Shown here: in pieces, positions 27,421 to 32,000 of the stretch | Layout of the letters: each line of letters starts with the position of its first letter | Position numbering within the stretch: position 1 is the first letter of the stretch | Assembly: GCA_021498095.1 (NCBI GenBank) | Contig: JAIZWK010000001.1 | Location: 3,720,001 to 3,752,000, forward strand | Length of the DNA stretch: 32,000 nucleotides | Source of the DNA: Candidatus Harpocratesius repetitus | GTDB lineage: Archaea; Asgardarchaeota; Lokiarchaeia; Sigyniarchaeales; Promethearchaeaceae | Direction of reading: 5' to 3' | Notes under the pieces: generated by a model | The model's input: only the letters and a program-made list of their open reading frames with translations | Told to the model about the DNA's origin: nothing | Database searches by the model: none | Made by a program: the position numbers and the translations under genes

Positions 27421-28476
27421 TTAATTGTTTTCAATTTTAAAAATTTGAGGATTTGAAGAAATATCTTGTTGTTCTTGCATTCGATTAAGGATTACATCTC
27501 GATCTTTAAATCCAGCGGGTCCTGGTTGTTCAATTAAAAAAGATGAAGCAGCAGAGGCAATTTTTGCACATTGGAACATTGTTTCTTGGGTTAAATTATT
27601 ATCGTTTGAATAAAAATTAACAAGCTCTGACAACAAAACAGCCATAAAACAATCACCAGCACCCGTTTCGTCTATACATTTAGTTGGACGATAAGCACCA
27701 AATGAAATCATAGGATTATCAGCATGTTTATAAATAAATCCTTCTTGACCTAATGTTGTAAAAACGTGAATACCCAAGTTTGCTAGTTTTTGAGTTGCAT
27801 TTTGGACGGAAGATTCTTGTGTTAAATACATGGCTTCTTCACCGCTTGCTTTTAAAATAAACCGATCTTTCAAAAGTTTTAGAATGGGTTCAAGTTTTTC
27901 ATATACAGAATAACAATCTTTGCTAATTACATATCCATTTTCATCAAAATCACGAATGATGCCTTGAATATCCAAACCAATTATTATTTTTTGAAGTTGT
28001 TTATGATTTGCAATAATTTCCAATGTTTTTAGTGATATCTCGCCAGCAATTGGAGTTAAATGAATTGCGCGTGCACCAAATATAGATTGAGGAAAATCTT
28101 TAATTGTTATCTCGGGAGCTTTATGTCGAAGCCGTAATTTCCGGTTAGAACCTTCATATTTTAATTCGTAGGATGTAGTAAAGGTGCCTTGTTGTATTTG
28201 AATTCCTGAAATATCAATACCCTTGGATTTAAATGGTAAAAGTAAAGATCGATCGAAATCTTTTCCTACTTTTGATATGATAGCAATCTGAGAATTGGGT
28301 TTATAATAAACTGCTGCTAAACTTCCATATGTTACTCCCCCACCCAAACTGCGTTTTAACTTTTTATTTGAACTACTTTTATTATTATGATGCTTGTAAT
28401 GGCTGTGATGGTTATGTGAAATAAAATCAAAAGCAAAATGACCGATAAAAACTATGTCAAGACGATTTTTTATCAT
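27421..28476 (-). CDS. PfkB/ribokinase family carbohydrate kinase
   Basis: VFIGHFAFD, LGGGVTYGSLAA, SKVGKDF, LKASGEEA, TTLGQEG and the anion-hole motif IDETGAGDCF. Confidence 0.9.
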   Translation of the reverse strand: MIKNRLDIVFIGHFAFDFISHNHHSHYKHHNNKSSSNKKLKRSLGGGVTYGSLAAVYYKPNSQIAIISKVGKDFDRSLLLPFKSKGIDISGIQIQQGTFTTSYELKYEGSNRKLRLRHKAPEITIKDFPQSIFGARAIHLTPIAGEISLKTLEIIANHKQLQKIIIGLDIQGIIRDFDENGYVISKDCYSVYEKLEPILKLLKDRFILKASGEEAMYLTQESSVQNATQKLANLGIHVFTTLGQEGFIYKHADNPMISFGAYRPTKCIDETGAGDCFMAVLLSELVNFYSNDNNLTQETMFQCAKIASAASSFLIEQPGPAGFKDRDVILNRMQEQQDISSNPQIFKIENN

Positions 28477-28554
28477 GTACCGAGAAAAAAGAAAGCATAA
28501 ACATTAAAATTTGCGTTCCCCCTACAATATAAATAAGAAGAAGGTGTTAAACAC

Positions 28555-29481
28555 ATGGTTCTTATCAGACAACCCTCAGCTGCAGGTCAATTTTATGCTC
28601 GTTTTAAAAAAGAATTATTAAATTCAATCAAAAAATGCTTCAATGATAAATATTTCGGACCAGGTAGTGCGTTAACTGTTGGTAACTCGCCAAAAGATCA
28701 ACAAAGAAAAGTGATTGGAGCTATTTGCCCTCATGCAGGTTATGTATATAGTGGTCCAGCCGCTGCGTTTTCATATCAAGCAGTATTTAAAGAAAGATTA
28801 CCAGATACGATCATTATTTTAGGAACTCAACATACTGGTTATTATAAAATTGCTACTATGAAACAAGGAAAATGGAAAACTCCTTTAGGTTCAATTGCAA
28901 TTGATAATGAATTAGTGAATGATCTATTAGGATCGGACTCAGAAATAATTGAAGATGACGCTGCATTCAATGGATTTCCCCACGGACGGGAACATAATAT
29001 TGAAGTCCAAATCCCATTTATTCAATACGCGGCTCTTTTGGCTAAAAGGGAAGTTAAGATAGTTCCAATTAAAATAGGAAATATGAATCCTATTATTTTA
29101 GAAAAAGTTGGGGAAACAATCGCAAAAGCAATTCAGAAAAATAACTCAAAGGATATTGCAATAATTGCATCGTCTGATATGACTCATTATCAACCAAGAT
29201 CTCCATTAACACCAAAAAAGGAAATAGATGAAGTTCAAGTAGAACGTGATCGAAAAGTAATTTCAGCATTTGAAAAATTTGATTGGGACGAAACTTACAA
29301 ATATGCAAAACAGACAACTGTATGTGGTCCACAAACCATTTTCACTCTTATGATAACTGCTAGTAAATTGGGTTACACTCAAGCAACAGCATTGAAGTAT
29401 TATAACAGTTTCCAAAAAATGGGTGAACATTCACCTTGTGATTATAGTGTAGGATATTTTTCAGGAATAATTGAAAAATAA
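28555..29481 (+). CDS. amrB: MEMO1 family protein / AmmeMemoRadiSam system protein B
   Basis: IRQPSAAGQFY, PHAGYVYSG, W+TPLG, REHNIEVQIPF, ASSDMTHY and VCGP motifs. Confidence 0.92.
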   Translation: MVLIRQPSAAGQFYARFKKELLNSIKKCFNDKYFGPGSALTVGNSPKDQQRKVIGAICPHAGYVYSGPAAAFSYQAVFKERLPDTIIILGTQHTGYYKIATMKQGKWKTPLGSIAIDNELVNDLLGSDSEIIEDDAAFNGFPHGREHNIEVQIPFIQYAALLAKREVKIVPIKIGNMNPIILEKVGETIAKAIQKNNSKDIAIIASSDMTHYQPRSPLTPKKEIDEVQVERDRKVISAFEKFDWDETYKYAKQTTVCGPQTIFTLMITASKLGYTQATALKYYNSFQKMGEHSPCDYSVGYFSGIIEK

Positions 29482-29588
29482 TGTAATTATTAAGATTTCA
29501 AAAAATCAAGATTATTCGAGTAATATTTCATTTTTTATTCTTTTTACCTTAATTGAGACAAGAAGAAGAATATTCTCTTTTTTATTAA

Positions 29589-30392
29589 CTATTTTTGATG
29601 ATATGAAGGAGGAAGAGTATAATAATGCAGTTTATTATTTTGCCAATCACGAATTATTAGTTTTTGAACTTCTACTTCGTTTACTCGCCCACCTGATTTC
29701 AATCGACCATATCTTTTCCCAATTTTTTCAATTAACTCATCTATTCCATCATCATCTTTTAATTGGATCTTGTATGTTCGCTCAAATTGTTCCCTCTTAA
29801 TTAATGTATAAATTGATTCAACGACAGCCAAAGGATCTTCTAATTTATCTGCAATCATGCAAGATTTAATAGCCATTTCCATTTCATTTGTCTCATCGAT
29901 GGGAATAACACCAGGAGTATCAATTAAGTATATTTTATTTGTTAATTTGATTTTTTTTATCACTCGTGTATAGCCTGCGCGATTTGAAACTCCAACTTTC
30001 TTTTTACCTCTCGTAAGTGCTTCTATTAACGATGATTTTCCTGTATTTGGATATCCAACAATCAATATATTTGTATTAGAACGAATCACTGTTCTTCGAA
30101 AATATTTTTCCAGTTCTATAATTCCCCTATTAAATCGGGCGCTTACTGCAAAAATTTTGTAACCTTGAGTTTTAAAAAACCGTTTCCATTCTTGCATCAC
30201 AGATTTTGGAATTATATCTGCTTTATTCATAATCAGATATATTTCTATTTCTGGGCGATTTTGTTTAACAAAATCTTCGATCATACGATTGTGAGTTCCA
30301 AGAGGATTGCGCGCATCAAGGACTTCTAAAATAATATCTGTTTCTTGAATTACGGTATTAAAAATATCTTTCCAATGTTTTTCGGTTCTCAT
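29589..30392 (-). CDS. Circularly permuted ribosome-biogenesis GTPase (RbgA/YlqF / Nog2-Nug1 family)
   Basis: DIILEVLDARNP, then G4 NKAD, G5 AVSA, G1 GYPNTGKSS, G2 T and G3 DTPG in permuted order. Confidence 0.92.
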   Translation of the reverse strand: MRTEKHWKDIFNTVIQETDIILEVLDARNPLGTHNRMIEDFVKQNRPEIEIYLIMNKADIIPKSVMQEWKRFFKTQGYKIFAVSARFNRGIIELEKYFRRTVIRSNTNILIVGYPNTGKSSLIEALTRGKKKVGVSNRAGYTRVIKKIKLTNKIYLIDTPGVIPIDETNEMEMAIKSCMIADKLEDPLAVVESIYTLIKREQFERTYKIQLKDDDGIDELIEKIGKRYGRLKSGGRVNEVEVQKLIIRDWQNNKLHYYTLPPSYHQK

Positions 30393-30483
30393 TTTAAAAG
30401 CATTTTTTTTAATTTTTTTTTATTTGTTTTTTAAACATGAATAGATAAGCATGTAGAGACTAAATGTAAATTGATTATTAGTG

Positions 30484-31101
30484 CTAATGATTAACCAATT
30501 GAAATCTGGCGCGATTATGTATAGAACGATAGCGAAGTTCAAAAAATTCGAACAAATGATAACCTAATGCTAAGATGTATCCAAAAATAAAATACCAAAA
30601 ATCTGGAGTTATTAAAGTGATAGATAAGATCATACTGACTCCTGCAAGAATTTCAGCGAATTGACACCAAAATGAATTAAAGTATCGCTTAACAAAAAAC
30701 CATTTATGATCAACTTCTTGAGCCATTAATTCTGGAACCCTATCTAATTCATCCCTGGCTAAAAGTAAACGTGGACCAATTATATGTCCTGAGAAAAATA
30801 AATTCGTTCCCCAGTCAAATAAATCTGCACCTACATGTAATATTGCTACAATTCCACAAGCAATAATCCAAAATTTAGCAAATGCAAATCCAATTAGCAA
30901 TACCAATATTGAAAAATAAATTGAATGGGTAAAAAACATACGATGATTCTTTTGAGAAGACCAGATTAAGTAAACTATATCAAAATCAGAAATAACAGAA
31001 AAGAAGACAATTACCCCATATTGCCACCAAACCAGAGGAACAAACAATGATATTAATGATGTAAATATAATTCCTATAGCATAATGAAATGAAAGATGCA
31101 T
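30484..31101 (-). CDS. Membrane-bound metal-dependent hydrolase (YdjM/DUF457-like)
   Basis: H near the N-terminus (MHLSFH), SVISDFD, HRMFFTHS and LHVGADLFD motifs among hydrophobic helices. ATG 31101 preferred because the track start (31209) overlaps the divergent gene. Confidence 0.75.
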   Translation of the reverse strand: MHLSFHYAIGIIFTSLISLFVPLVWWQYGVIVFFSVISDFDIVYLIWSSQKNHRMFFTHSIYFSILVLLIGFAFAKFWIIACGIVAILHVGADLFDWGTNLFFSGHIIGPRLLLARDELDRVPELMAQEVDHKWFFVKRYFNSFWCQFAEILAGVSMILSITLITPDFWYFIFGYILALGYHLFEFFELRYRSIHNRARFQLVNH

Positions 31102-31134
31102 TAAGGTAAAAAAGCTCATTAAGGTAAAAAAACT
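31099..31134. repeat. 18-bp tandem duplication (17/18 identical) over the hydrolase start codon
   Basis: cattaaggtaaaaaagct (31099-31116) and cattaaggtaaaaaaact (31117-31134). Confidence 0.8.
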
Positions 31135-31153
31135 AATTAATTTGAAACATTCA

Positions 31154-32000
31154 ATGGAATTTGAACAATTTTTAAAAGAAATCCAAGCAGATAGTAGAGA
31201 TCGTATCAAACAACTTCATCATTTCGCTAAAAAAGTTTGGCGAGATCGTAAATTCACACCAATAGATATACAAAATAAATGCATTGAAGCGTGGGATGAT
31301 TTAGCTAGCAACATGGATTGTAAAATAATCCCTTTAATAAAAATTGATGAAGATCGTCCTGTTTCTAATCTAATTTTTGGTTCAGGAAGTTTCTCAACAG
31401 GAAAATTCCAAATAGAACAATATCTGAAAATTCAAAAACTAGTCTCAAATTCCCCAATTTCTCTTCAAGGTATAGTAAGTAATAAATCAGAAGAACATAA
31501 CTGTAACGCTCAAAAAATTGCAAACGAATTTCAAATTCCTTTAGTTCTGTTAGATTTTGAAGACTGGTACCATGAATTTATTGATAAAATGGAAAAAAAT
31601 CCAATTAGGGCAACCCGATATTGGTATCCACCAAATTCAGAGCAAAAACCTTCTTTATCCGAACTATCACGCAGATTTAAGATTCGACAACAAGAATTTC
31701 ATCATTTTCTTGGGGAACAAATTGAATCAAGAATACCTTCCCCTACAGATATTGTTAGTGCTCGTGGTTATAATTTTCAATTTTGCAGCCAGATATTCCA
31801 TCATCAAAGAAATAATCTTCCACATATCAATGATACTCATCCTGCAGACCTCTCATTTCTCGATCCAGAGACACATGAAAAACTATACGCTGGCTGGCAG
31901 GCGGGAGCAGTTCAAACCATGATCGATGATAATATCCATGAAATTTATCGTGGAAGTCTTATTGAAGTTGGGTACATGGATTCTATCTCTCAAATTTCCG
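31154..32000 (+). CDS. Divergent PurN-like formyltransferase (GAR transformylase fold), 3'-truncated by the window edge
   Basis: My own translation from ATG 31154 stays open to the end: MEFEQFLKEI...NLIFGSGSFST...GIVSNK...NAQKIANEFQIP...TDIVSARGY...INDTHPADLS...YAGWQAGAV...GSLIEVGYMD. This follows the PurN order SGxGS / VvSN / A..gIP / DlivlAGy / NiHPslLP. Absent from the supplied track because it has no stop. Confidence 0.75.
   Translation, partial: MEFEQFLKEIQADSRDRIKQLHHFAKKVWRDRKFTPIDIQNKCIEAWDDLASNMDCKIIPLIKIDEDRPVSNLIFGSGSFSTGKFQIEQYLKIQKLVSNSPISLQGIVSNKSEEHNCNAQKIANEFQIPLVLLDFEDWYHEFIDKMEKNPIRATRYWYPPNSEQKPSLSELSRRFKIRQQEFHHFLGEQIESRIPSPTDIVSARGYNFQFCSQIFHHQRNNLPHINDTHPADLSFLDPETHEKLYAGWQAGAVQTMIDDNIHEIYRGSLIEVGYMDSISQIS

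Noticed and set aside
29471-29800. 109-aa plus-strand ORF
   Set aside because: Overlaps the RbgA-like GTPase antisense for about 210 bp, has low-complexity composition and no motif.
31557-31922. 121-aa plus-strand ORF from the track
   Set aside because: It lies in a different frame inside the longer open frame from 31154, which carries formyltransferase motifs.
1-32000. tRNA, rRNA, transposase or prophage genes
   Set aside because: No GC-rich structured island, cloverleaf with TTC-loop pattern, or DDE/integrase motifs seen by eye. A tRNAscan-SE/Infernal run would be needed to exclude small RNAs formally.

Overview
AT-rich, gene-dense archaeal DNA (roughly 30% GC by eye). The gene content points to an Asgard archaeon, probably Lokiarchaeia/Promethearchaeota (inference): several small GTPases fused to longin or roadblock domains, a KaiC/GvpD-like ATPase and a PCI-like winged helix. 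The window has three blocks. (1) 900-9563 is a signalling cluster: a Pro-rich/coiled-coil orphan, a longin-RagGTPase-roadblock fusion, a Rab-like GTPase with non-canonical G1/G3 motifs, a KaiC/GvpD-like ATPase, an ADP-forming acyl-CoA synthetase alpha subunit and a RagGTPase-wingedHTH-longin fusion. (2) 9762-25633 is a 16-kb, partly translationally coupled five-gene unit: LolD/MacB-type ATPase with a PCI-like tail, FtsX/MacB-type permease A, a ~1330-aa membrane-anchored glycoprotein, a ~1640-aa membrane-anchored subtilase with a cytoplasmic double zinc ribbon, and permease B. (3) 25687-32000 holds mixed enzymes: metallophosphoesterase, CPBP protease, PfkB kinase, MEMO1/AmrB, RbgA/Nog2-like GTPase, YdjM-like hydrolase, and a PurN-like formyltransferase that runs off the end and is missing from the ORF track. 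I saw no rRNA, tRNA, CRISPR array or transposase. Domain calls come from motif recognition by eye, not from searches.
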